From: Octopus vulgaris
Lineage: Eukaryota
Length of the DNA stretch: 64,000 nt
Direction: 5' to 3'
NCBI GenBank assembly: GCA_951406725.2
Contig: OX597834.1
Span: 39,308,001-39,372,000, forward strand
The notes beneath the pieces are model-generated. The model worked only from the letters and a program-made list of their open reading frames with translations, was not told the DNA's origin and made no database searches. Shown piece by piece: positions 41,987 through 57,608 of the stretch (positions within the stretch are counted from its first letter, which is position 1; the number at the start of each line of letters is the position of its first letter). The position numbers and the translations under genes are program-made.

Positions 41987-42468
41987 TATGTATATATATA
42001 TATATTAACATAAATATGTACGTCTCCATATATGCATGTATTGGGTGTATTTATATATAAACATGACCTTTTATCTCCCAAAGCATGACTTCGTTAAACA
42101 TCACAAAGTCGGAGATATATCTGCTTCCTTAACAAGAGGGCAGTTATGAAAACCTTCTTACTTACAAGAGATTATTTTATCCACGGGCTTTTATGTATAA
42201 CACCTATTATATAATTATACTTTACTATTTATGTATATATAGTGATATACATCATATATAAATATAGCTATTTATACACAGAAAAACTCACACACAAACC
42301 CCTACACTGTACATGTGAATATGTGTTATTTGCGGATAAATGTATATAATTTTATATACATATATATATGTCCATGTGTGTGTGTGTGTGACTCTACATG
42401 TACATATATGTATGTATATCTATATCTATATCTATATCTCTATCTTTATATCTATATCTATAAATATA

Positions 42469-42539
<71 letters not shown>

Positions 42540-42698
42540 TATATTATATATATATATATATATATAAGATCAGCAACAATTTAGATTCAAATGAATATGG
42601 TACTTAATTTAGATGCACCAAATTTTGTATGGTGTTACCCATAAAAATTTGCGGGGTGATTATAATAAAAAATAAGCAACAAGAATGATTCCGGTAAT

Positions 42699-42784
42699 TT
42701 AGTACAATTGTTTCATACTACAACATTTTATTAAAAGCTGTAAATATTACAGCAGATTTAAGATGTTGAGTAATCTTCAGCTAA
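42699..42784 (-). ncRNA. Intact-looking type I hammerhead motif with long helix II
   Basis: ttag CTGAAGA t tact caacat...atgttg t agta t GAAA CAATTG TA ctaa. Confidence 0.8.
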
Positions 42785-42920
42785 TTTATATAGGTTTTCC
42801 AATAATATAAAAACTGATATATATATATATACATATATAGATACATACATATTTATATACATACACACATATGTATATGTATGTATATATATGTGTATAT
42901 ATATATACATATATATATAT

Positions 42921-42995
<75 letters not shown>

Positions 42996-43001
42996 TGTAT
43001 G

Positions 43002-43115
<114 letters not shown>

Positions 43116-43401
43116 TACATGTAGTTCCATACATGTATGCATTTAATATACCTATAAATATATGTGTGACAGTAGAGACTCTAATGGCCGGCGAGAATGT
43201 GACCGGCTGCGGCCATTAGAGTCCGAGGAGTCGTCTGTTAAAATAATCACTGTATTCATGCAAAACCAGTGGACACTCTGTTACGGGACAAAATATTTAA
43301 GTCAATGTAAAATGCATCAATGCTCCAACTTTATTCGAATCTATGATCTATTGACGATATATGTATACGTACATATATGCATACATACACACACATACTC
43401 G

Positions 43402-43440
<39 letters not shown>

Positions 43441-43583
43441 AAAGAGAGAGTCACGTTATATTCCGTTAGAAACGTGGAAGAGTGCAGTGTATATCTCGTC
43501 CATCTTCAGAATTATCCAGTACTATAGGTAGTATTATTACATTAGATTTATATTTTATATATGTATATACATACATACTCACA

Positions 43584-43659
<76 letters not shown>

Positions 43660-43812
43660 TGTATGTATGTATGTATATACATACATACACACACACACAT
43701 ATATGTTTACTCGATAGAACTCACACATCTACAGAAATGACTGCCGACATATTCAATATGCATATCGATTTTTTTATGCTTAATACACGTATACAAACGA
43801 TATGTACATACA

Positions 43813-43850
<38 letters not shown>

Positions 43851-44078
43851 TTGATATGAATAAATAAATATATATATATATATATACATATATATTATAT
43901 GTCTATGTATCAATGAATCTCTCACTATACACACATATATATAATATATATTCTTTTATTAGGTTATGTTATGTCTTATATGTTCTAGCGCCAAGGCTGG
44001 AGCACCGCCGGTGTAACTACCCTTGGAATCGACAATCTTGTTATTCGCTTATTTCTTTTATGTATATGTATGTATGGT

Positions 44079-44109
<31 letters not shown>

Positions 44110-44125
44110 TATACACACGCACAAA

Positions 44126-44630
<505 letters not shown>

Positions 44631-44690
44631 TATACATATACATATATACATATATAAAATAAAGTTGGGCGTTGTCACACGAGTAAAATT

Positions 44691-44838
44691 ATAGGGAAAA
44701 ATACTTGAAAATGGAGGCGTTTTTTTAAAAGTATCTATTAATTTAACCGGTTTCATTTAATTAAAAAGATTTTCAAACGTAAGTAAAATTGATAAATACT
44801 TTTAAAAGACTCCTGCATTTTCAAATTGTTTTCCTTAT
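44691..44838 (-). mobile_element. Foldback (about 52-bp arms) with U3-A8 hammerhead-like motif (44741-44780)
   Basis: Arms 44691-44744 and 44785-44838. Minus: gt TTGAAAA t ctttttaattaaa t GAAA CCGG TT aaat. Confidence 0.5.
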
Positions 44839-45248
44839 ATATATATTTACACACATATACATACACATATATATATACATATGTATGTATGTATATGTGT
44901 ATATATATATATGTGTGTATATATATATATATACATTTATATATATATATATATATATATATTATTATTATTATTATTATTATTATATTATATTATATCA
45001 TATTATTTATATTCGAAAGAATATAATTTGGAGTCTTCTAATTCTATGTAATAGTGCGTCATAACATTATTCTTATTAAAACAAGGACGATAAAGAAGTT
45101 GTACAGATGTCCGTGTGTGTATATATATTCATATAAATAGACATATCTACATATGTGTGTGTATTTTCGTTCATATATTAAGACCTAAAGACATATACAT
45201 GAGTCTATATCGTGAAATATTTATTTGCTTGCACATATACACACTTAC

Positions 45249-45340
<92 letters not shown>

Positions 45341-45391
45341 TCATACATATATATATATATATGAATATATATATATATGTATATATATATG

Positions 45392-45455
<64 letters not shown>

Positions 45456-46453
45456 TATATGTATATATACATTTACGTTTTATATGTTAATAGATATGTA
45501 TATTGGTCCATGTGAATTGTGTGTGCGTATACGAGTGTATGTATATATATATATATATACATATATATGTATATGTATGTGTATGCATATATATATATAT
45601 ATATATATACATATGTATGTATAATATATATATATATATACATACATATATACATATATATACATGCATGCATATATATATATGTGCGCGAAATATTAAT
45701 GCATACACATCGTCGCATCACCCATACAAACCCCAAATATACAGTTATATGTATATAGCTGTTTAAATATACATATATACAATTTTATGCATACACGTGA
45801 TATACATGGACAGCCAAAGCTATGGAAAGGACAATGCTGCCGTCATGACTTTGTCATTCCAGTCTATACAGAAAATATTTGCAAATAGATGTAAATTGCG
45901 ACGGACATAATGCATCGAATGCGTTTTTACAATGGAGATGTTTACCTCTTCCAGTTTATCCAAAGTTTTCCGAGTTTGGAATTAGATCCTCGATGGTCTT
46001 TGTGATTCTCATTGAAATGACAACACAGATCTGTTTTGTAGACCTTATTTTGTGTCAGAAATTGTTTCATCCTGGATGTTTCAGACAGGTCTGTGAGCAA
46101 CAAACAATGCTGTCCGCGAGCAATTAATCGTCCATGAGTGGCAGAAGAGAATTTTTACTGCGCCTTTTTTTAGTCGTTACATTTGCCTCCGTTTTCTCTG
46201 TGGTGGCTGCAGGAATAACGGAGGCAAAACTGTACCCGCAAGCCCAATATGTTTTCCAAAGAACCGGGCAATTCTTGATGGCATCACTCGAGATGTGATA
46301 CTGTAAAGAAATGCTGGGATCATCGAATGCAAACACGCACATACCACACACACGCACACACACAAACACACAAACACGCATGCACACTTAGACACACACA
46401 CATACATATACACTTTAAACGCTCACTCATATACATCTGTATATGTATGTGCG

Positions 46454-46512
<59 letters not shown>

Positions 46513-46747
46513 CTATCTACCTATCTATATATATACATATACTTGTATGTATATATATATATATACTTGTGTGTATGTGTTTGCATATATGTATATATAT
46601 ATATATATACATACACACGTACGTATGTGTGTATGTGTATATATATATATATATATATATGCATATATATACATACATATATATATGCATATATATATAC
46701 ATATATATACATATATATATGTATGTGTATATGTATGTATATATACA

Positions 46748-46819
<72 letters not shown>

Positions 46820-46820
<1 letters not shown>

Positions 46821-47290
46821 GAAAGACCTTATATGTTTAATTACTAAAGGGTTAAACTTCCTCAACTGTCCGACATATGTCGTCCATGTTTTGCCGCCAT
46901 ATTGCAGATTAATGACAACGCAGCTTTGACTAACATTCAACTTAATATTCAGTGTAAAAGTTTTATTCCCACAGACCCTGTTGACGAGTTTAGTCGTAAC
47001 AGCATCTGCGTTACTGATTCATACATTCATCTCAGCATTTAGAGATAAGTTATTTGCTATAATTGTGAACAGAAGCTTGGAGCATTCTGAATCACAACCT
47101 CGGTCTTCTTTGTGTGAACAGATGGGAAAAACTCTCCACTTTGTAGAATTGGATTGCAATGCATTGAAAGCAGTCACGTGTGCGTGGCTGACAATAGTTG
47201 CATCATATCCAAATAGCATCACCTTGAGAAGAATGTGGGTTGTTGTAGTTTTAATGAGTGGGCAGATAAATTAAGTTGTGCAGTTTATGG
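46820..47290 (-). pseudogene. RTE (BovB-like) reverse transcriptase fragment
   Basis: LLKVMLFGYDATIVSH (degenerate FADD motif) and [23 protein letters not shown] (LLYG.ETW motif). Confidence 0.8.
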
Positions 47291-47343
47291 TCACGCTGGG
47301 CATGAATGTATACGCCTTTGGAGTAAGATTTGAGTGTGTAAGT

Positions 47344-47578
47344 CCGGCGAGCTGGCAGAAGCGTTAGCACGACGGGCGAAATGCTTAGCGGTATTTCTTC
47401 TGCCGCTACGTTCTGAGTTCAAATTCCGCCGAGGTCGACTTTGCCTTTCATCCTTTCGGGGTCGATAAATTAAGTACCAGTTAAACACTGGGGTCGATGT
47501 AATTGACTGAATCCGTTTGTCTGTCCTTGTTTGTCCCCTCTGTGTTTAGCCCATTGTGGGCAATAAAGAAATAAGAAA
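47344..47578 (+). mobile_element. SINE family A, full length
   Basis: ggcgagctggcagaagcgttagc...gagttcaaattccgccgaggtcgac...caataaagaaataag. Confidence 0.95.
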
Positions 47579-48071
47579 TGAGAAGACGTCAAAGAGAGTT
47601 GGAGAAAGGATGCCGCATTGCTTGACTCGGAAAAAATATGGATATGTCGCCGTCGAAGGTAAACGATACCTTTCACATTACAGTGATATGAACTGATGAT
47701 GGATAAAGTCTAATAGGTTGAAGAGAGTCCACAGTGACAGACGAGTCCACAATTACTTTTGGTCTAACGTCCCTCCATGTTTGTTTTCGTTCGGTTTCCT
47801 TGTATGTCTCCACTGTCCTGTATTTGTTCCCAACTTTGATCGTCCATAAATCGTAAATTTTATTTTTAGAATTTATGGGAGCAACTGTCTTTGAAGACTC
47901 AAGTTGTCGTTGAATGCTCGAAATGAGGAGTAGACAGACAGCCGACAACTGATGAAGGTGCGCTTAATTGTCCTGTATTCCTTTTTTCTCTCGTTGATTG
48001 CGTATTTCGTTTTTTTTCTTTTTTCGTATTTCATGTTGTTTACAGAGTTGCTGACGACCTGTACCCATATA

Positions 48072-48132
<61 letters not shown>

Positions 48133-48179
48133 ATATTACATTTATTTAATTGAACGCCACGCATCCATTCCCAAATAAG

Positions 48180-48223
<44 letters not shown>

Positions 48224-48507
48224 GTGTGTGTATGTATATATATATGTATATATATGTATATATATATAAAATTAAATTTAGGGTAAAAATTGATATTTAT
48301 CAATTAGAACCAGTGGTCTAGCATATTAAAGAAAGAATCCGAAGATTAAAATATTTATATATACCAATTAAGGACTGCACACGAAAAGTGGACAGTCAAC
48401 ATTCTAGATATAGACGTCAAATCGCCATTCTCCACAAAAAGTTTATGTTCTCAGATCAAACTCAACAAAACGTATGTATATATATATATATATACGGATG
48501 CCTGTAC

Positions 48508-48573
<66 letters not shown>

Positions 48574-49340
48574 ATGTATGTATATATATAAATATATATT
48601 ATGTATGTATAGAATATATATATATATATATGCATATTTATATAAACATCAAGTACACGTTATCTCTGCCGTCTGCATTCACCCATACATACCTAAATTA
48701 CATACAATAAAATGAATTCACGAAATTTTCTCCAAAGCTCGTCTACCAACCAAGATGTGTTGCACCCATACAATAAACAAAGATAATTGAAGTTGAGTTT
48801 ATTAAAATTTCACAAATAGAAAACTAAAAATAAAGTTTTATTTTTACATATTTCGTTCTTGCTTTTTTTTTTCTCGATAAACTTTTTGCGTCAAAATATT
48901 TTAGTCGTTTACGTAATTATTGGAAATTATTGAAAATAGTTCAGTTTTCCAATCGATAAATTTTTTCCAATGTCTACAGCTTGTCTGGAGAACAAATACT
49001 ATTATTAGTTTCTCTGCCAGAAGGTTAAAAGAACGTTTTTGAGGAACAGTTACGAAGATTTTGACCACCTAAAAGAAAAGTTGCGTCACTTTGCAAGACT
49101 TCTGATATTTTGGTGCGATCAAATATAACCTACATACATTCCTGTACGTATGTATGTATGTATATATGTATGTATGTATGTATGTAAGTATGTATGTATG
49201 TATTTATGCATGTATGTATGTATGGGATGTGTATGTGTGTGATGTATATACAAACATATATATATACATACATAAATATATGCATATATATATATAAATA
49301 TAAATATATATATATACATATGTATATATATTTTCATATG

Positions 49341-49411
<71 letters not shown>

Positions 49412-49449
49412 GCGTTTACGTTTCTCCATGTAGACAAACGGAACGTAAT

Positions 49450-50295
49450 TGTGCGACACGTACATATACTTACACACATATACTTACATACATGAATGTG
49501 CACTAACATATACATACATACACGCATACACACACACACATACATACATAAATGCGTATATACATATATACACGCACACATACACATCTAACCATCAATC
49601 CCTCCATCTATCCATGCATACATACATACATAAATACCTACATACATACATTCATACATACACTGATACATACACAGATACGTACCCACATACAAACATG
49701 CATAGACTCATACACAAATATACATCTATATATACACACACACACATATATATTCATACACACATACATACATACAAACATAGATACATACATACAGACA
49801 CATACACACATACACACATACATACATGCATACATACATGCACACATACATACATACATACATACATATAAACATAGTTACATACATACATACACACATA
49901 CACACATACATACATACACACATACATACATACATACATACATACATACATACAAACATAGATACATACATACACACATACATACATACATACACATACA
50001 TACAAACATAGATACATACATACACACAAACATATATACATACATGCAAACATAGATACATACATACATACATACATAGATACATACATACATACATACA
50101 TACATACATGCATGCATACATACAGTCATCCATACATACATACAGACATACACACACAGATACATACATACATACATATATACAAACACAGATACATACA
50201 TACATACATACATACATACATACATACAGAAATATACACTCACACACACACATACACACACGCACATAAGTACACACATACAAACATACATAACA
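49450..50295. repeat. Degenerate (TACA)n tract
   Basis: Direct reading. Confidence 0.9.
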
Positions 50296-50619
50296 CTTCC
50301 AGCCATACATTAGCACCTGCCAAACAGCGAGAAATATGGCTTGTCACAACGTTTGCAATTTTGGTCTGAAATATTGTGACTTACGGTTTCCAGGAAGAAT
50401 TTCGGTAAAAGTCGTCACAGGGCAGAAAAATAAAAGGCGTTGGGAGTCATTATCTTCGAGATAGACATACAGTACATTCCAAGAAAATGTTCTTGGAGGA
50501 ATAAAAACCAAAGAAGAATCGTTTCGATGTTCCGCTTGTTTTTTTTGTTTTTTTTTTCTTCTTTTTATTATGTTCAGTTTTCCATCGAAATATTTCACGT
50601 TGGACCACACAATAGGAAT

Positions 50620-51210
<591 letters not shown>

Positions 51211-51357
51211 AGAATGAGGAAGAGGAGAAGAAGGTGACGAAGTAGAAGGGTGGTCATAATAATAATGATTTCATTAATTTGCCACAAGGGCGAAGAATGA
51301 AGGGAACAATACAGAGACAGGCATAAAGTGGTGGTGGTGGTGGGGGGGTTTACATAT

Positions 51358-51570
51358 TCTTTTATTCTTTTATTCTTTTACTTGTTTCAGTCATTTGACT
51401 GCGGCCATGATGGAGCACCTACCTTTTTTAGTTGAGCAAATCGACCCCAGAACTTATTCTTTGTACTTATTCTATCGGTCTCTTTTTGCCGAAACACTAG
51501 GTTACGGGGACGTAAACACACAAGCATCGGATATCAAGCGATGTTGGGGGGGGGAGTAAACACACACACA
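51358..51570 (-). mobile_element. SINE family B 3' half
   Basis: ttttacttgtttcagtcatttgactgcggccatgatggagcacc. Confidence 0.9.
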
Positions 51571-51584
51571 CAAACACACACACA

Positions 51585-51622
<38 letters not shown>

Positions 51623-51697
51623 TACAATTCTACATTCTTCAAATGTGCTGAGAAGACATTACTTAATACAGAGCTAATATTCCGAGCGTGAAGCGAC

Positions 51698-51742
51698 GCC
51701 ATCATCATCATCACCACCACCACTACCACTACCACCACCACC

Positions 51743-51776
<34 letters not shown>

Positions 51777-52248
51777 TCATCATTACCAACTTCGCCATCG
51801 TCATTATCAACATACCCATCGCCTCCCTCGTCGTCGCAGTCATCATCATCCTCATCACCATCACCATCGTCTCCATCAACATCATCATCATCATCATCAT
51901 CGCCGTCATCACCATCATCACCAACGTCGCCATCGTCATTTTCAACATAACCATCGCCCCCACGTCATTACCACCATCATCTTCATCACCATCATCATCA
52001 TCATCATCATCATCACCATCATCATCATCACCATCACCATCATCATCATCATCATCATCATCATCACCATCGTTTCCATCGCCATCATCATCTTTATCAT
52101 CGTCGCCGTCATCATCGTCATCATCATCATCATCATCATGAACATTAATTACCTTTTTCGTTGTCGTCGTTATCATAAACATCATCATCGTCAACAACAA
52201 CTAAAACAGCAACAACAACAACACCAGCAGCAACAACATTATCATTAC
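51698..52248. repeat. (CAT/CAC)n degenerate microsatellite
   Basis: Direct reading. Confidence 0.9.
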
Positions 52249-52610
52249 CGAAATATGCGGTGGCGCCCTCTTCACATAATGACTTACAGAGCAGTAAAGT
52301 AGATAATGTCTGTGTTTTACTGTCCATAAACAATAATGTCGGCGTACCGATTGCCACAAAACAACAATTTCAATGCGGAAGAATTCTCGTAAATTATCTC
52401 CGAAGTCTAACACACTCCTCGCATTCAAAGACATGCAGAAATGCAAGCACACACATACACGCACGCACAGACAGATAGACAGACACACACACACACGCAC
52501 ACACACATACACATTCATACATGCACGCACACGCACTCAGACAAATTACTAACGTATTTGTATATATTTATGAATACTTGTGCGTGTGTGTGTGTATATA
52601 TATATCTATA

Positions 52611-52696
<86 letters not shown>

Positions 52697-52842
52697 ACAG
52701 AAAGAGAGAGAGAGAGAGAGAGAGGGAAAGAGAAATTAAGATAGGTGAGTATAGATATATGTGTATATATAGATATATAGTTATATACTTACATTTATAT
52801 GTACGCATACGTACGTATCTATATGAATTTATGAAAATATAT

Positions 52843-52894
<52 letters not shown>

Positions 52895-52900
52895 CAAACC

Positions 52901-52991
52901 AACGGAGTGACTCAAGGCCCAAGAGTTTCGTGCGTTGGCACTTATCAGGTGTCCCAACTCTCGAGACTCCTGGCCCTTGACTCACTCTGTT
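52901..52991 (-). mobile_element. Small foldback containing a hammerhead-like motif (52905-52948)
   Basis: Arms acggagtgactcaaggcccaagagtttcg / cgagactcctggcccttgactcactctgt. Minus: CTGATAA GTGC caac GCAC GAAA CTC ttgggcctt GAG TC actc. Confidence 0.65.
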
Positions 52992-53076
52992 TCACTGATA
53001 TGTATGTGCATGTGTGTGCGTGTGTGTGTGTGTACTTATAATACATATATTCTGCTAAATATTAATAAATATCTAC

Positions 53077-53112
<36 letters not shown>

Positions 53113-53251
53113 ATCTTTTAAATTGCATTTTCAAACCTTCTTTCGTATACATATATATATATATATATATATATGAACGCGTACACACACATATGTGTGT
53201 ATGTTTGTGTGTATGCGTGTGTGTATGTGTGTATGTACGTGTGTGTGTGTG

Positions 53252-53876
53252 TAGATTAAAATAGAAAATTAAGAGGCACAATTCAAAGAAACATTTCATC
53301 AAGTTTAGTTAGAGAATATAAACAGATAGTCCCTAACAGCTGTTTCTAGAATAGCAGGAACGATCAGAGTGAAAGGTGTAAGTATTAAGTACGTCCATGC
53401 TTGAATGAAAGAAAACGTTATAAGTGAGGTCCATTAGTAATTCCTAAGAAGATGTCTAAAAAGATAATCCACGGCAAAGGATAATAGAAGTTATTAGCTC
53501 CATTTTTGAACAAGCATTCTCTTTTGGAACTGCTGACGGACTTTACTTAAAACTTTATTTTTCTTTGAAGCATGAAGCTACATAATGCTATTATATTTCA
53601 CTCTGATACTTCTTGCGTTTTTTCGACAGACCCAGTGGGGCAAGGGTACTAATATCCTCGATCAAGGATTCCTCTTCATATCTATACTTTTCCAACATCT
53701 CTCTCACTCTCCGATTACGCCATACCTACCTTATTCGCTGCCTTACTTACTTCTTGGCTATTCTAGAAACAGCTGTTAGAGACGCTATCTGATAATATTC
53801 TCTATCTATATAAAATGTGTTTTTTTTCAAATGATGCTAAATGTTTTGCTTTTTCATTTTCTTATATTTTAATCTA
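53252..53876. mobile_element. Diverged foldback element with hammerhead 3' halves
   Basis: ctaacagctgtttctagaatagc / gctattctagaaacagctgttag; GAAA CAGCTG TT on both strands; outer tagattaaaata / tattttaatcta. Confidence 0.6.
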
Positions 53877-54051
53877 TTTCCACCCGCTCAAGGAGAAACC
53901 ACTTCTAGCCGCCTTTGATAGGCAATCTCAATACCATATTTTTATGCAGTTGCAATTCAAGCCGGAGGTTTAGTGGTAAACCAAACTCAACAATCATAGT
54001 ACATACCTATTACATTACGTCAGTTGGCGGAAAACAACTTCTTCATTCTCC

Positions 54052-54238
54052 ATGTATGTATGTATGTATGTATGTATGTATGTATGTATGTATGTATGTA
54101 TGTATGTATGTATGTATGTATGTATGTATGCATGCATGCATGCATGTATGTATGTATGTATGTATGTATGTATGTATGTATGCATATATGTATATAGGTA
54201 TGTATATATGTATGTATGCATGTTTGTATGTATGTATG

Positions 54239-54269
<31 letters not shown>

Positions 54270-54908
54270 ATATGTATGTATGTATGTATGTATATAGGTA
54301 TGTATGTTTGTATGTATGTGTATGTAAGTATGTGTATGTATGAATATATGTATGTATGTGTATGTATGTATGAATGTATACATGTATGTATGAATGTATG
54401 TATGTATGTGAATGTATGTACGTATATATGTATGTATGTGTGTACGTATGCGTGTATGTATGAATGTATGTATGTAGTGATGTTTTTACGCGCGCGGATG
54501 AATGTGTGTATCCAAACAAGAGAGTATGCATATATGTGTGTGTTTGCGTTTGTGTATGTGTGTATGCATGTGTGTTTGTGTGTGCGTGTAATTGTGTGTG
54601 TGTGTATGTGTGCGTATTAATGCATGTAGCTGAGTATATGTCATTGATATTAATCAAATTAAAATGTCTACCAGTAATTCCAATTAAAATATTTGAAATA
54701 TTTTTCAGTTGATTTCTTTATAAGGAATCGAAACTGGACAATTTATACTCCCCACTCCTTCACTTTCACGATCTCTTGCTCTCACAACTTACTCCATACA
54801 TACATAAATACATACATACATACATACATACATACATACATACATACATACATACATACATACATACATACATACATACATACATACATACATACATACA
54901 TACATACA

Positions 54909-54942
<34 letters not shown>

Positions 54943-54969
54943 CATACATACATACATACATACATACAT

Positions 54970-55000
<31 letters not shown>

Positions 55001-55158
55001 TACATACATACATACATACATACATACATACATACATACATACATACACACGTACATACATACATACATACATACATACATACATTCATACATACACTCA
55101 TACATACATACACTCATACATACATACATACATACATACATACATACATACATACATA
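54052..55158. repeat. (TATG)n tract and oppositely oriented (CATA)n tract
   Basis: 54052-54480 and 54797-55158. Confidence 0.9.
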
Positions 55159-55536
55159 AACATTTACAAAACTAAAACCAAACGTGACTTATGCCTATAA
55201 ACATACATATAAATTAATAATATATAGGAACGAAGAAAATTGAAATATAATAATGAAAAGAATATATATTATAATGATGATAAAATAAACAAGGACAAAG
55301 AAATATATATTCGAATAAAAACTATAGATAAAAGTGGACGTAAACAAATACGAATGAATGACAAAATGCAAAAAGTATAAAAAGATATAAAACGAAATCT
55401 ACGGAGAAAAAATTTTAAATGATAAAATATAATAAAGTTAATTTACAACGTAAAAGTTAACGTAAAAAATAACGTAAAAAAATATCGTAAAACAAATGTC
55501 GTAAAACAAATGTCGTAAAAGTATCGTAAAACAAAT

Positions 55537-55949
55537 ACTCTTTACTCTTTTTTTACTCTTTTACTTGTTTCAGTAATTTGACTGCGGTCATGCTGGAGCA
55601 CCACCTTTAATCGAGCAACTCGACACCGGGACTTATTCTTTTGTAAGCCCAGTACTTATTCTATCGGTCTCTTTTGCCGAACCGCTAAGTAACGGGGACA
55701 TAAACACACCAGCATCGGTTGTCAAGCAATGCTAGGGGGACAAACACAGACACACAAACACACACACGCATGTATATATATATACATATATACGACGGTC
55801 TTCTTTCAGTTTCCGTCTACCAAATCCACTCACAAGGCTTTGGTCGGCCCGAGGCTATAGTAGCAGACACTTGCCCAAGGTGCCACGCAGTGGGACTGAA
55901 CCCAGAACCATGTGGTTGGTAAACAAGCTACTTACCACACAGCCACTCC
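55537..55949 (-). mobile_element. SINE family B, full length with TSD
   Basis: taaaacaaat at 55527-55536 and 55950-55959; inserted into a cgtaaaacaaatgt minisatellite. Confidence 0.95.
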
Positions 55950-56589
55950 TAAAACAAATGTCGTAAAAATATCGTAAAAAAAATATGTATGTTCAATCTA
56001 CCGTTGTATAACATGGTCATAATTCGAGCTAAGTACAACAAAACGCCGCAAGGCTCAGCGAAAATATCTATCTACCCAATAACCAGCAGAGTTTTGGGTC
56101 GGCGATGCTTTGCTGATGAGATCTAAACAGGCGGAAACACTCTCTGTATTTGTTATCGTACTTGACAACAAAGATCAGGGCTTGTGTGTTTATGTGTAGG
56201 TGTGTAAGTGCGTATGTATGTGTGAACTTGTATTTATTCGAGTTGTGTCTCAATATATCCCTATGCAATTGGTATTGTTTAGCCCAAGGTTATATCTCCT
56301 AGTTCCATCTACCTGTGATCATCCGGTCTTTTCTTTTTTGATACGTAAGCCAATACATTTTTTCCTGCGAATGGTGTGTGATTTAAGGAAATTTGGCTGT
56401 TGTTTTTAGTGTGTTTAGCAACCAAAAGGTTTTCGGTGTGTACGTTTATAATGCAGAGGTATTTGGTGGTGTCTGGCGATGTCTGGTAGGGGTCTAGTGC
56501 TGTCTGGAATTACCTGTTGGTGCCTGGGGGTGACCTGTGGTGCCTGGCAGTGGCGGTTCGTAGATTAACAGAGATTAACAAATTATTAG

Positions 56590-56668
56590 TATTTATTTCA
56601 CTGTAAACATAATGAATTTAATGTTTTAATTATTTCCATGAGATCAGGACAGTTATAAACACCCTGTA
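56590..56668. mobile_element. Possible Tc1/mariner right terminus
   Basis: Ends ...ataaacaccctg|ta, the reverse complement of TA-CAGGGTG. Confidence 0.4.
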
Positions 56669-56947
56669 CACACACACGCACACACACACATATATGTGTG
56701 TGTGTATATATATATATATACATATGTATATATATATATATATATACACATATACAAATATACACAGATACATATATGCATATATACATATATAAACGCT
56801 TATACATACATATATGTGTATGTATGTATATATATATATATATATAATATATATATATATGTATATATACATATATGTACGTACATATATGTATGTATAT
56901 ATATGTATATATATATGTGTGTGTGTGTGTGGTGGGGTGTATGTATA

Positions 56948-56993
<46 letters not shown>

Positions 56994-56994
<1 letters not shown>

Positions 56995-57455
56995 AGTGTA
57001 TCCCAGAAAGATTTACCCATGTTTAAAACTCTTCCTAAAGAATATCACTTCCGGTAATATTATCCATATTTTACATAAATATTTGCATGAATGACTCGTT
57101 CATGTTGTCCATTGTTTCGTTTGTCTTTAACAAGTTTGTAAATAAACATGGCGCCGAAAGCAAAACGTGGCCAGGTTGTTGCTTTGAAAACAGCTGGAAT
57201 GATCAACAAGGACATAACAAAACAGTTGAATGTGAGCCATAAAACAGTGTTCAATACCTGGAAAACAATATATGGAGTTCGCCACCTTCTCTACGAAGCC
57301 AACTCCTGGTAAGAAACGATCAATTCGTACCAAACAAACTGTTGAAGCTGTGAAGAAGCGAGTGAACCGAAATCTTCGTAGGAGTGCAAGAAAAACCGCA
57401 AAAGCTCTTGATATTTCGAAATCGTCAATGTACAGGATATTTAAAGAAGATTTGA
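56994..57455 (+). mobile_element. Tc1/mariner transposon 5' part with frameshifted transposase DNA-binding domain
   Basis: TA|cagtgtatcccagaaag left end. ATG 57148 MAPKAKRGQVVALKTAGMINKDITKQLNVSHKTVFNTWK / ...PGKKRSIRT...VNRNLRRSARKTAKALDISKSSMYRIFKEDL. Confidence 0.85.
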
Positions 57456-57552
57456 AACCGCGTGAGGCGTCTTGTCCTACAACGTCAGACCGACCAACGT
57501 GAGTTAATTTGGTTGACGGAGACTGAAAGAAACGTGCTGTATATATATATAT

Positions 57553-57608
<56 letters not shown>

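Noticed and set aside
49009-49128. Acceptor plus short frame KVKRTFLRNSYEDFDHLKEKLRHFARLLIFWCDQI
   Set aside because: Only 35 codons, no recognisable homology and no supporting neighbouring exons.
51502-52302. Asp-rich and His-rich ORFs (also 62820-63413)
   Set aside because: Degenerate (CAT)n repeat open in several frames, with no unique coding flanks.
55445-55980. CRISPR-like short repeats (cgtaaaacaaatgt)
   Set aside because: Tandem minisatellite without unique spacers, in eukaryotic context, interrupted by a SINE.
56109-56150. CTGATGA gatct aaac aggcg GAAA ca..tg TA hammerhead candidate
   Set aside because: No helix I and a poor helix II; could be a decayed copy but is not supportable.
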